DNA of 32,000 bases. Source: Rhodocyclaceae bacterium (GTDB lineage Bacteria > Pseudomonadota > Gammaproteobacteria > Burkholderiales > Rhodocyclaceae). The notes below the pieces were generated by a model, which was given only the letters and a program-made list of their open reading frames with translations, searched no databases and was not told the DNA's origin. A program made the translations under genes and the position numbers. Location of the stretch: NCBI GenBank assembly GCA_016704145.1, contig JADJAS010000007.1:48565-80564 (forward strand), given 5' to 3'. Below are positions 1-8,843 of this stretch, piece after piece. Position 1 is the stretch's first letter, and each line of letters begins with the position of its first letter.

Positions 1-446
1 AAGCGGCCGGCATCGCCAAGGCGCTGGCCGCAATGCTAACGGCGTCCAGCCGATCGGTTGCTTGCCGGCAATTCGACATCGATGGCGGCGATGCTCGATC
101 GGTCACCCGTGCCCTGACGGCCCCGGCCTGTTCGAAATGGCTGGCAATCCTGCCACCGGCGGGAGCCGTGGTCGTGACCGAATTGGCCCGCGACCTCAGA
201 CTTGGTCTTCGCTGGTCCGGACGCCATCGCGTCGATGCGAGCGGAATCCGGCACCATGGCTCGATCGCCGGCCTCGACGAACCGCTCGACTGGCGAACGG
301 ACAACCGGAACTGGGAGAGTCGGCTCGCCTCGCTTTACTTCGACATCCTGACTGGCGTCACGCCCACGATCGACGCCGGAAGTAGTCCGCGCGCGAGGAC
401 CGACCAAGCCGCCGTGGAACTCGCCTGCCTCCTTCTGACGAAGTAA
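1..446 (+). CDS. hypothetical protein, C-terminal fragment (5' end lies upstream of the window)
   Basis: Frame 3 is open from the window edge to TAA at 444-446. Third codon positions are mostly G/C, as in neighbouring genes. Same strand as the PchF-like gene and 40 nt upstream of it. No motif recognised. No CXXCH, so it is not a cytochrome c subunit. Confidence 0.3.
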   Translation, partial: AAGIAKALAAMLTASSRSVACRQFDIDGGDARSVTRALTAPACSKWLAILPPAGAVVVTELARDLRLGLRWSGRHRVDASGIRHHGSIAGLDEPLDWRTDNRNWESRLASLYFDILTGVTPTIDAGSSPRARTDQAAVELACLLLTK

Positions 447-486
447 GTCCGGCGCGCCACTGAACGAAACGAAGGAGACAACCGCA

Positions 487-2034
487 ATGGCAGCAATACG
501 CAAGGTACTGCCGAAGGGCATCAGCGCCGGCACGTTCGCAACGGCCCTCAGGGAAATCGCGAACATCATCGGTACGGACAACGTCATCGTCGATGACGAA
601 AAGATCGTGCCGTACGAAAAGATCATGATGCCGGTGCCGGATCATCAGCATGCTCCGTCCGCCGTCATTACCCCGGGCAGCGTTGACGAAATTCAACGGA
701 TCATGAAGGTGCTCAACCGACACCGGATTCCCGTGTATCCGATCTCGACGGGAAAGAACATCGGTTATGGTTCGGCGGCGCCCGTGCAGCGCGGTCAGGT
801 GGTCATGGACTTGCGACGGATGAACCGCATCCTTGACGTCGATCCCGAACTATGCACCGCCTTGGTCGAGCCTGGCGTAACTTACCAGCAACTCTACGAC
901 TACCTTCAGGAAAAGAAGCTGCCCCTCTGGTTCTCCTGCCCTGCGCCATCGGCGATCGCCGGTCCGCTGGGCAACATGGTCGATCGAGGCATCGGGTACA
1001 CACCCTATGGCGAGCACTTTCTGTTCTCGTGCGGCATGGAGGTCGTGCTGGCCAGCGGCGAGGTACTTCGCACGGGCATGGGCGCCATGGCCAAATCGAA
1101 CACCTGGCAAGTCTTCAAGTGGGGCTATGGGCCTACGCTGGACGGTATCTTCACCCAGTCGAACTATGGCATCGTGACCAAGATGGGCATGTGGCTGATG
1201 CCTGCGCCGCCCGATTTCCGTCCATTCTGCATCCAGTACCCGAATGAGACCGACATCGTCAAGATCGTCGAGGCGCTTCGGCCACTGCGAGTCGCCATGG
1301 TCATTCCTAACGCCGTCGTTATTGCCCACACGCTATGGGAAGCGCCATGCACACCAGTCAAACGTTCCGACTATCACCGCGGCCCTGGTGCCATCAGCGA
1401 CGCGGCCGTGAAAAAAATCCAGGAAGATCACGGCATCGGGGCCTGGAACGTCTATGCCGGCCTTTACGGCACCAAGGAAACCAATGATGCCAACTGGAAA
1501 ATCATCGAAGCGGTGGCGGCGGCCAGCGGGGGCAAGATCATCACGCAGGACCAGTCGCGAGGCAGTGAGGCCCTCCAATACCGCTTCGACCTCATGAAAG
1601 GCAAGCCCAATCTCGGCGAATTCGGACTCTACAACTGGCGTGGCGGTGGCGGCTCCATCTGGTTCGCGCCGGTCTCGCAGGCCAAGGGTGCCGAGACGCT
1701 GAAACAAATGAAAATGGCCAAGAACATTCTCGGCAAGTACGGATTTGACTATGTCGGCGAGTTCGTCGTCGGCTGGCGGGACATGCATCACGTCATCGAC
1801 CTGCTGTACGACCGCAGCGATCCGGAGCAAACCAAGCAGGCCTATTCCTGCTACGAGGAACTGCTGCACACCTTCGCCGCTGAAGGGTATGGGGTATATC
1901 GCGCCAGTACCGCTTTTGCCGAAAAAGTCGCCTCGACCTATGGTCCGATCAAGCGCGACGTGGAGAAAAGGCTCAAGAAGGCACTCGACCCCAACAACAT
2001 CATCGCCCCGGGACGTTGCGGCATCAGCCTATAG
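487..2034 (+). CDS. pchF: p-cresol methylhydroxylase / vanillyl-alcohol oxidase family flavoprotein subunit (PchF-like), paralog 1
   Basis: 515-aa ORF with SD GAAGGAGA upstream of ATG 487. N-terminal FAD-binding domain signature (PISTGKNIGYGSAAP). GLYNWRGGGGS contains Tyr382, and the C-terminal GVYR contains Tyr471/Arg472. These sit 2 residues off the FAD-linking Tyr384 and phenolate-binding Tyr473/Arg474 that I recall for Pseudomonas putida PchF. Confidence 0.85.
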   Translation: MAAIRKVLPKGISAGTFATALREIANIIGTDNVIVDDEKIVPYEKIMMPVPDHQHAPSAVITPGSVDEIQRIMKVLNRHRIPVYPISTGKNIGYGSAAPVQRGQVVMDLRRMNRILDVDPELCTALVEPGVTYQQLYDYLQEKKLPLWFSCPAPSAIAGPLGNMVDRGIGYTPYGEHFLFSCGMEVVLASGEVLRTGMGAMAKSNTWQVFKWGYGPTLDGIFTQSNYGIVTKMGMWLMPAPPDFRPFCIQYPNETDIVKIVEALRPLRVAMVIPNAVVIAHTLWEAPCTPVKRSDYHRGPGAISDAAVKKIQEDHGIGAWNVYAGLYGTKETNDANWKIIEAVAAASGGKIITQDQSRGSEALQYRFDLMKGKPNLGEFGLYNWRGGGGSIWFAPVSQAKGAETLKQMKMAKNILGKYGFDYVGEFVVGWRDMHHVIDLLYDRSDPEQTKQAYSCYEELLHTFAAEGYGVYRASTAFAEKVASTYGPIKRDVEKRLKKALDPNNIIAPGRCGISL

Positions 2035-2048
2035 AAGAAGGAGACAAC

Positions 2049-3491
2049 ATGAAGGAATACAAACTGTTCATCGATGGGGAATGGGTGCCCTCCTCGACGG
2101 GCACCGTGCTCGATGACATCAATCCCGCCACGGGCGAGGTCTATGCCCGCATCCACCAGGCTTCCGACCAGGACATGGAACGCGCCATCGTCGCCGCGTA
2201 TCGGGCGCGCGAAGCCTGGGGCAACACGCTCGCCAACCAGCGCGAAACCATCATCCTGAAGGCCGCGGATATCCTGGAGCAGAGAATTCCCGAAGTGGCG
2301 GATGTCCTGATGGATGAAGCCGGCTCCGTGTTCGGCAAGGCCATGTTCGAAGCTTCGTTCGTCGTCAACCTACTGCGCAGTGCCGCCGGCGAATGCCGGC
2401 GCATCGTCGGCGAGACAATGCCCTCGGACAGCCCCGGCGTGTTCTCGATGAGCGTGCGCCGACCGCTGGGCGTCATCGCCGGCATCGCCCCTTTTAATTT
2501 CCCGTTCCTGCTGGCCACCAAGAAAGTCGCCCTGGCGCTTGCCGCTGGCAATACCTTCGTCCTGAAGCCGGCCACTTACACACCCGTCACCGGCCTGAAG
2601 ATCGCGGAAATCTTCGAAGCGGCCGGATTACCCAAGGGCGTGTTGAACGTCGTGCCGGTACAAGGTTCCGTGCTCGGCAACCGCTTTGTCGCCGACCCAC
2701 GCGTCCGGATGATCACGTTCACCGGTTCGACCGAGATCGGCAAGCAATTGGCCGCCGACGCCGGCAAGTATCTGAAGCGCATCACCCTCGAACTGGGCGG
2801 CAAGAGCCCGCTGATCGTGCTGCGCGACGCCGATCTCGACTATGCCGTGCGGGCTGCCGCCTTCGGGATATTCCTTCATCAGGGCCAGGTATGCATGGCC
2901 AACTCGCGCCTGATCGTCGAAGCGCCGATCTTCGATGCGTTCTGCGCCAAGCTCGTCGCCAAGGTCGGTGGCTACCAAGTGGGCGACCCGCATGACCCAC
3001 ATTCCGTCATCGGCCCGCTGATCGACCGCAAACAATGCGGCGTGCTCGACCGCCACGTGCAGGATGCCGTCGCCAAGGGCGCGCGCCTACTGACGGGCGG
3101 CAAGAACAACGGTGCCTTCTATCAACCCACCATCCTCGCCGACGTCACGCCCGAGATGGCGGTCTTCCGCGAGGAAACCTTCGGCCCCGCCGTCTCCGTG
3201 ATACGCGCCGAAAACAGCGACCACGCCCTGGCGCTGGCCAACGACTCCTGTTACGGCCTTTCGGCGGCCGTCATTACCAACGACCTCCAGAAAGCCTTCG
3301 ATCTATCGCTGCGTCTCGAATCGGGCATGGTGCACGTCAACGACTGCACGCTGCTCGACGAACCCCATGTGCCTTTCGGCGGTGTCAAGGACAGCGGCTT
3401 CGGGCGCGAGGGCGGCCATCATTCGATGGACGAGATGACCGAATTGAAGTGGATCACCGTGCAGCTCGGGCAACGCCAGTTCCCCTTCTGA
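2049..3491 (+). CDS. NAD(P)+-dependent aldehyde dehydrogenase, by context 4-hydroxybenzaldehyde dehydrogenase (PchA-like)
   Basis: ALDH motifs are present: FTGSTEIG, ELGGKSP (catalytic Glu) and FLHQGQVCMANSR (catalytic Cys). SD AAGGAGA lies 6 nt before ATG 2049 (MKEYKLFIDGEWV), which I prefer over the track start at 2016. Confidence 0.9.
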   Translation: MKEYKLFIDGEWVPSSTGTVLDDINPATGEVYARIHQASDQDMERAIVAAYRAREAWGNTLANQRETIILKAADILEQRIPEVADVLMDEAGSVFGKAMFEASFVVNLLRSAAGECRRIVGETMPSDSPGVFSMSVRRPLGVIAGIAPFNFPFLLATKKVALALAAGNTFVLKPATYTPVTGLKIAEIFEAAGLPKGVLNVVPVQGSVLGNRFVADPRVRMITFTGSTEIGKQLAADAGKYLKRITLELGGKSPLIVLRDADLDYAVRAAAFGIFLHQGQVCMANSRLIVEAPIFDAFCAKLVAKVGGYQVGDPHDPHSVIGPLIDRKQCGVLDRHVQDAVAKGARLLTGGKNNGAFYQPTILADVTPEMAVFREETFGPAVSVIRAENSDHALALANDSCYGLSAAVITNDLQKAFDLSLRLESGMVHVNDCTLLDEPHVPFGGVKDSGFGREGGHHSMDEMTELKWITVQLGQRQFPF

Positions 3492-5083
3492 TGCCGGAAT
3501 CGAGGTCACCGTCACCGCCCGTCGAGGACCTCGCGGACGCAATCAACGCCGTCGACGAGATCCTGGGCCCGCCGCTGGCGTCGGGTTGCGCAAGTCGTGC
3601 CGCGCTGCGCTGGGGCGCCGATCAATCGCTTAGCTTCGACGAACTGAACACACTGGTGAATCGTTATGGCCAGGCCCTGCGCAACGAAGGAGTGAAAGCC
3701 GGACAGCGTGTCTTCTTCCTACTCGACGATTCTCCCGAACTGGTGGCGGCGTATCTGGGCGCGATGCGGGTTGGTGGCATTGCCGTCGCGCTCAACATGC
3801 GGTTGGCGGCGAAGGATCTGTTGTTCATTCTCGACGATGCGTCGCCGGCGGTGCTGTTTATTCATGTCGATCTGCTCTCTCTCTACCGTGAGATCGAGGC
3901 GGCACTGACGACGCCGCCGCGCCTGGTGGTACTGGGGCGAGCCATCGCCGCCGACGATGATCTGGCCGCATTCCTCGCTGGCGCGGGTGACGTCTTGACA
4001 TCGATGCCCCGATCGCCGACCGATCCCGCCTATTGGGTCTATTCGTCCGGCACCACCGGCCGGCCGAAGGCCGCCATCCATCGCCATGGCGACATGCGGG
4101 TGGCCGATCTGCATCTGCGGATCAATCTCGGCGTCCAGCCGGGCGACCGGGTATTCACCACCTCGAAGATGTTCTTCGCTTTTGCGCTCGGCCATTCGCT
4201 GTTCGGCGCCCTGCGCTGCGGCGCGACGGTCGTCATTCATGCCGGCTGGCCGGACGCCGCGGCCATTGGCGAGGCAGTACGCCGCGAACGGCCGACGGTG
4301 ATGCTGAGCGTGCCGACGATGTACCGCAACCTCCTGCACGAGGGCGTCGCGACCGATCCCGCCTTCCGTGGCGTGCGCCACTACGTTTCGGCCGGCGAGA
4401 AACTCCCGGAAGCCGTGTTCGAGGCATGGGTCGACGCGACCGGCGTGCCCATCCTGGAAGGCTACGGCACTTCGGAAACGGTATTCCTGGCGATCGCCAA
4501 CACGCCGCGCAGCTACCGTGTCGGCAGCAGCGGCCGCCCCTTGCCGTGGGCCGAAGCCCGTCTGACCGACGAAAGCGGCGCGGCGATCAACATGCCGAAC
4601 ACGCCGGGACGGCTGGCGCTGCGGATGGGCTCGGTGTTCGCCGGTTACTGGCGCCAGCCAGACCTGAGCCGGGAATTCCTTCATGACGACTGGTATTTTC
4701 CCGGCGACATGTTCAGCTTCGACGAGTCCGGCTGGTGGTACCACCATGGCCGCGCCGACGACATGTTGAAGATCTCCGGACAGTGGGTCAGTCCGAGCGA
4801 GATCGAGGACTGCGCGCTCACGGTCGAGGAGTTGGCCGAAGTCGCCGTGATCGGCCACGCCAATGCCGATGGCCTGATCCGCCTGGCCATGTTCGCCGTT
4901 CCGCGTTCGCCGATACGGGACGAAGCGGCGCTCGCCCGGAAAGTGGGCGACAAGTTGCACGCCACCCTGTCGATCTACAAGTGTCCACGAACCATCCGGT
5001 TCATTACCGAACTTCCTCGCACGTCAACCGGCAAGGTACAAAAGTTCAAGCTGCGCGGACTGTTGGAGATCGCCACTTCCTGA
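3491..5083 (+). CDS. AMP-forming aromatic acid-CoA ligase (benzoate / 4-hydroxybenzoate-CoA ligase family)
   Basis: Adenylate-forming motifs: WVYSSGTTGRPKA, GYGTSET, YHHGRADDMLKISGQWVSP and C-terminal PRTSTGKVQKFKLR. ATG 3491 overlaps the ALDH stop (TGATG). The track ORF start at 3035 is an Arg-rich out-of-frame overlap with the ALDH gene. Confidence 0.85.
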   Translation: MPESRSPSPPVEDLADAINAVDEILGPPLASGCASRAALRWGADQSLSFDELNTLVNRYGQALRNEGVKAGQRVFFLLDDSPELVAAYLGAMRVGGIAVALNMRLAAKDLLFILDDASPAVLFIHVDLLSLYREIEAALTTPPRLVVLGRAIAADDDLAAFLAGAGDVLTSMPRSPTDPAYWVYSSGTTGRPKAAIHRHGDMRVADLHLRINLGVQPGDRVFTTSKMFFAFALGHSLFGALRCGATVVIHAGWPDAAAIGEAVRRERPTVMLSVPTMYRNLLHEGVATDPAFRGVRHYVSAGEKLPEAVFEAWVDATGVPILEGYGTSETVFLAIANTPRSYRVGSSGRPLPWAEARLTDESGAAINMPNTPGRLALRMGSVFAGYWRQPDLSREFLHDDWYFPGDMFSFDESGWWYHHGRADDMLKISGQWVSPSEIEDCALTVEELAEVAVIGHANADGLIRLAMFAVPRSPIRDEAALARKVGDKLHATLSIYKCPRTIRFITELPRTSTGKVQKFKLRGLLEIATS

Positions 5084-5102
5084 GCGATATGGGGCATTCA
5101 CG

Positions 5103-6647
5103 ATGAGCAAGTATGTCGCGTTACCCAAGGGCGTTGACGAAGCCACTTTTGACCGAGCGATCGCCGAATTCAGAAACATCGTCGGCGCCGAGCATGTATT
5201 GCACTCGGCCGAGGCACTGGGGCCGTTCCTCAAGATCATGATCCCGGCACCGATCGAGGCCCACGCACCATCGGCGGCGATCGCCCCCGCGAGCGTCGAG
5301 GAAGTACAGCGCATCCTCGCGGTCTGCAACCGCTACAAGACCCCTGTGTGGCCCGTCTCCACCGGCAAGAATTTCGGCTATGGCTCGGCCGCGCCAGCCA
5401 CGCGAGGACAGATCATCCTTGACCTCAAGCGGATGAACCGGATCATCGAAGTCGATCCCGATCTTTGCACTGCCTTGGTCGAACCTGGCGTCACCTATCA
5501 GCAACTGTACGACTACATCAAGGAACGCAATCTGCCGCTGTGGATCGACCCGCCGATACCCGGGCCGGTGGCGGGACCACTCGGCAATACAGTCGAACGC
5601 GGGGTTGGCTACACACCCTACGGCGAGCATTTCCTGTTCTCCTGCGGCATGGAAGTGGTTTTAGCCGATGGCCAGGTGCTGCGCACCGGCATGGGCGCCA
5701 TGCCCAACTCCAATACCTGGCAGGTGTTCAAGTGGGGTTATGGACCGACGCTGGATGGCATCTTTACCCAATCGAGCTTCGGCATCGTCACCAAGCTCGG
5801 CCTGTGGTTGATGCCCGCGCCGCCGGCCTACAAGCCATTCGTGGTCCGTTACCCCGAGCACGCCGACATCGCCAAGGCCATCGACACCATCCGGCCGCTA
5901 CGAATCGCCCAGATCATTCCCAATGCCGGCACGGTTTCCAACGCCTTGTGGGAGCTAGCGGTGATCAACCGCCGCGCCGACCTGTACCCGCAGGCGGAGC
6001 CGATTCCCGATACAACGGTACTCGACCTCGCCAAGAAACACGGTGTCGGCGCATGGAACGTCTATACCGCTCTTTATGGCACCGAGGAAACCATCGCCGC
6101 CCACTGGAAAATCGTGACGGCCGCCTTCAAGGCCTCCGGCGGCACCGTGCTCACCCAGGAGGACGTCGGCCCAGACGATCCACTGTTCAACTATCGTCGC
6201 GACGTGATGCGCGGCGACCTGACGATGCGGGAGTTCGGCCTCTACAACTGGCGCGGCGGCGGTGGCTCGATGTGGTTCTCGCCCGTCTCGCAGGCCCGCG
6301 GCAGCGAGACGCTGAAGCAGATGGGACTGGCCAGGCGCGTGCTGGACAAGTTCGGCATCGACTACGTCGGGCTATTCGTCATCGGCTGGCGCGACATGCA
6401 CCACATCATCGACATCCTCTACGACCGCGGCCAGCCGGAAGCAATGGCCAAGGCACGCCGGTGCTACGACGAACTGCTCGACGATTTCGCGCGGGAAGGC
6501 TATGGCGTCTATCGGACCAACATCGACTTCATGGCGAAAGTCGCCAAGCTCTACGGGCCCGTCAAGGCCAAAGTGAATCGCCGCATCAAGCGGGCGCTTG
6601 ACCCTAATGGCATACTGGCGCCAGGCAAGTCCGGCATCCACGGCTGA
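5103..6647 (+). CDS. pchF: p-cresol methylhydroxylase family flavoprotein subunit (PchF-like), paralog 2
   Basis: 514-aa ORF collinear with the 487-2034 product over its full length. By eye roughly 60 percent of residues are identical, with long shared blocks such as DPxLCTALVEPGVTYQQLYDY and YTPYGEHFLFSCGMEVVLA. It keeps FGLYNWRGGGGS and GVYR. Confidence 0.85.
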   Translation: MSKYVALPKGVDEATFDRAIAEFRNIVGAEHVLHSAEALGPFLKIMIPAPIEAHAPSAAIAPASVEEVQRILAVCNRYKTPVWPVSTGKNFGYGSAAPATRGQIILDLKRMNRIIEVDPDLCTALVEPGVTYQQLYDYIKERNLPLWIDPPIPGPVAGPLGNTVERGVGYTPYGEHFLFSCGMEVVLADGQVLRTGMGAMPNSNTWQVFKWGYGPTLDGIFTQSSFGIVTKLGLWLMPAPPAYKPFVVRYPEHADIAKAIDTIRPLRIAQIIPNAGTVSNALWELAVINRRADLYPQAEPIPDTTVLDLAKKHGVGAWNVYTALYGTEETIAAHWKIVTAAFKASGGTVLTQEDVGPDDPLFNYRRDVMRGDLTMREFGLYNWRGGGGSMWFSPVSQARGSETLKQMGLARRVLDKFGIDYVGLFVIGWRDMHHIIDILYDRGQPEAMAKARRCYDELLDDFAREGYGVYRTNIDFMAKVAKLYGPVKAKVNRRIKRALDPNGILAPGKSGIHG

Positions 6648-6715
6648 GGGGCCGAGCCTCGCCCCGGCGGCGACCAAAGTCAGCCTTGGCGGCACGCCGC
6701 CCGAGCCTGTTTGGT

Positions 6716-7492
6716 CTACGGATGCAGCAACGCATAACCGCCGGCGTCGATCACCAAGCAAGTCAGCATCCCGCTGGCATGGGCACCGGTATCGATGCCG
6801 ATCCGGTTGTGGCGAAACTGCGGTCGGGCATCGATGCTATGGCCGTGCACGATCACGGCGCCAAAGTCCTCGTCGCTGGCCAGAAATGCTTGCCTGACCC
6901 AAAGCTGATCGTGCCGGGCCTGCAACGCCAGCGGCACCCCCGGCGCCACGCCGGCATGGACAAAATGATAGCCACCCTCGGCGTGATTGATCGCCAGATC
7001 GGCCAGAAACTGCCGATGAGCCAACGGCAAGGCGCTCCGAAAATCCCGGCGCAGCGAATCCACCGACTCATCGCTGCCGGTAAATCGACCCGCGATATCT
7101 ACCCCGTAGCTCGCAAGCGTCGCCAGGCCACCGCCATGCTCGAACCATTGGCGCCCTCCCGCCAGGTCACCCTCGATGAAGCGAAGCGCCAGGTCTTCGT
7201 GGTTTCCGCGCAGCAGCCTGATCTCCAGACCGGCGGGCCGCCATTGCCGCAGATTTTCGACGACACCGAAAGCATCCGGTCCCCGGCTCAAGTAGTCGCC
7301 GAGAAAGATCACCACCCGGCGCCGGCGGCCGTGCCCTGCGGCATCCTCGACAATGGCACGCTCCATGGATTCGAGAAGATCGCGACGGCCATGAAGATCG
7401 CCGATCGCGTACACGCGCACGCCCGGCGGCAGCAGGCCCGCCGGCGCAGGCGTGGCGCCACAAACGGCGGGCGACAGCCAAGTGAGCGCCAA
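6716..7492 (-). CDS. metallophosphoesterase (PrpA/ApaH-like Ser/Thr phosphatase or diadenosine tetraphosphatase family)
   Basis: Calcineurin-like phosphoesterase motifs in order: IGDLHG, GDYLSRGPD, RGNHE, FVHAG, VHGH. The track start at 7492 is TTG, 6 nt after the upstream stop. An internal GTG (VRVYAIGDLHG) is an alternative start, so the 5' end is uncertain. Confidence 0.75.
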   Translation of the reverse strand: MALTWLSPAVCGATPAPAGLLPPGVRVYAIGDLHGRRDLLESMERAIVEDAAGHGRRRRVVIFLGDYLSRGPDAFGVVENLRQWRPAGLEIRLLRGNHEDLALRFIEGDLAGGRQWFEHGGGLATLASYGVDIAGRFTGSDESVDSLRRDFRSALPLAHRQFLADLAINHAEGGYHFVHAGVAPGVPLALQARHDQLWVRQAFLASDEDFGAVIVHGHSIDARPQFRHNRIGIDTGAHASGMLTCLVIDAGGYALLHP

Positions 7493-7498
7493 GCCGGC

Positions 7499-8806
7499 CT
7501 AGGCCATATCGTCGTCACGCCGGACGAAGAAGCGCTTGGCCTTCATTTCGAACCTGGGCAGCGCATTGCGGGCCACCAGATGTACCCGCGGCCGGAACGC
7601 CAACAAGGTATCGAGCTTGTCGGCAATGGCATGCACGACATCGGGATGCGCCCCCTCGCAAAGCTCGATCTCGACATCCATCTCGTCCATCTGCCTTTCC
7701 TTGTGCACCGTGACGCGAAACTCGTCGACCTCGGTGAACTTGCGCAGGATGTTTTCCACGCCCGCCGGGAAGACATTGACGCCACGCACGGTGACCATGT
7801 CGTCAGCGCGGCCGAGAATGCCGCCGGCGAAACGCAGGAAGCTTCTGCCGCACGCGCACGGACGCGAATCGATCCTGACCACGTCGCCCGTCTTGTAGCG
7901 AATCACCGGAAAGCCCCAGCGCCCGAGGTTGGTGATCACCATCTCGCCGCGCTCGCCCTCGCCTACCGGCGCGCCGGTCTCGGGGTCGAGCACTTCGACG
8001 ATGTATTCCGACTCGATCAGGTGCGTGCCGCCGGGCTGCTCCGAGCATTCGAACGAATGGGCGCCGACCTCGGAAGCGCCGGCGTGGTCGAAACAGTGGG
8101 CCGACCACGACTCCTCGATGCGCCGCTTGGTCGCCGGAACATTGGCACCCGGCTCACCGGCATGAATGGTCGCCCGCATCGGAATCCTGCCGAGATCGAA
8201 GCCGATCTCGCGACCGACTTCGGCCAGACGCAGCGCATAGGTCGGCGTGCAGCAGAGGGTGGTGGCGCCGGCCTCCTTCATGAGTTCCAGGCGCTGTTGC
8301 GAATCGCGACCGCCACCGGGAATCATCACCGCGCCGATCTTGCGAGCGCCTTCGACGGCCGCCCAGAAGCCGATGAAGGGACCGAAGGCGAAGGCCAGGA
8401 ACACCCGATCGGACGCCGTCACACCGGCCCCGGCCAACACGTGCCCCCAGCAACGCCCCCACCAGTCCCAGGAAGCATCGGTATCGAAAACCTTGAGTGG
8501 CACGCCAGTGGTTCCCGAGGTCTGGTGCATGCGCACATAAGCATCCAGCGGGTAGGTCAAATTGGTGCCGAACGGCGCTTCGGCGGCCTGGTCATCCATC
8601 AACTCGCTCTTGCGGGTCAGCGGCAGATGGCGCAGATCGTCCAATGTCTTGATATCGCCTGGCTCGATACCGGCCTCCTGCCACTTTCGGGTGTAGAAAC
8701 GGTTGCGCCTCCAAAGCTCATGGCTCATGGCACGCAGCTTGGCCACTTGAAGTTCGGCGAGCCTGTCGCGCGGCATGGTCTCGGTGGCTTGATCGAAGAA
8801 TGGCAT
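7499..8806 (-). CDS. phenylacetate-CoA ligase-like (PaaK / F390 synthetase family) adenylating enzyme
   Basis: 435 aa from ATG 8806 (MPFFDQATETMPRDRLAELQVAKLR), which has the typical PaaK-family N-terminus and size. HQTSGTTGVPLKV is the AMP-binding motif. The track extension to 8872 would overlap the upstream gene. Confidence 0.8.
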   Translation of the reverse strand: MPFFDQATETMPRDRLAELQVAKLRAMSHELWRRNRFYTRKWQEAGIEPGDIKTLDDLRHLPLTRKSELMDDQAAEAPFGTNLTYPLDAYVRMHQTSGTTGVPLKVFDTDASWDWWGRCWGHVLAGAGVTASDRVFLAFAFGPFIGFWAAVEGARKIGAVMIPGGGRDSQQRLELMKEAGATTLCCTPTYALRLAEVGREIGFDLGRIPMRATIHAGEPGANVPATKRRIEESWSAHCFDHAGASEVGAHSFECSEQPGGTHLIESEYIVEVLDPETGAPVGEGERGEMVITNLGRWGFPVIRYKTGDVVRIDSRPCACGRSFLRFAGGILGRADDMVTVRGVNVFPAGVENILRKFTEVDEFRVTVHKERQMDEMDVEIELCEGAHPDVVHAIADKLDTLLAFRPRVHLVARNALPRFEMKAKRFFVRRDDDMA

Positions 8807-8843
8807 GATGGTCGTGTTCCCGGTGTCGATGAATGGAAATGGT

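Noticed and set aside
36-626. 196-aa minus-strand ORF at the left edge
   Set aside because: It overlaps the SD and 5' end of the PchF-like gene and is antisense to the better-biased plus-strand frame. No motifs.
468-2049. Shared GAAGGAGACAAC sequence upstream of both the PchF-like (468-480) and ALDH (2037-2048) start codons
   Set aside because: It is simply a strong Shine-Dalgarno context repeated twice, too short to indicate duplication or a regulatory element.
3035-3490. N-terminal 152-aa extension of the CoA-ligase ORF
   Set aside because: It overlaps the 3' end of the aldehyde dehydrogenase out of frame and is extremely Arg-rich. The ligase homology only begins at ATG 3491, which overlaps the ALDH stop.
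3719-4960. 413-aa minus-strand ORF, plus the similar 409-aa plus-strand ORF at 12902-14131
   Set aside because: Both are antisense to well-supported genes (the CoA ligase, and ppcA/ppcC) and have Arg/Gly/Ala-rich featureless translations.
6648-6715. Possible bidirectional terminator in the convergent gap between pchF paralog 2 and the phosphoesterase
   Set aside because: Only short imperfect stems are present (GGGGC/GCCCC; GGCGGCG/CGCCGCC with internal mismatches), and there is no convincing T-run on either strand.
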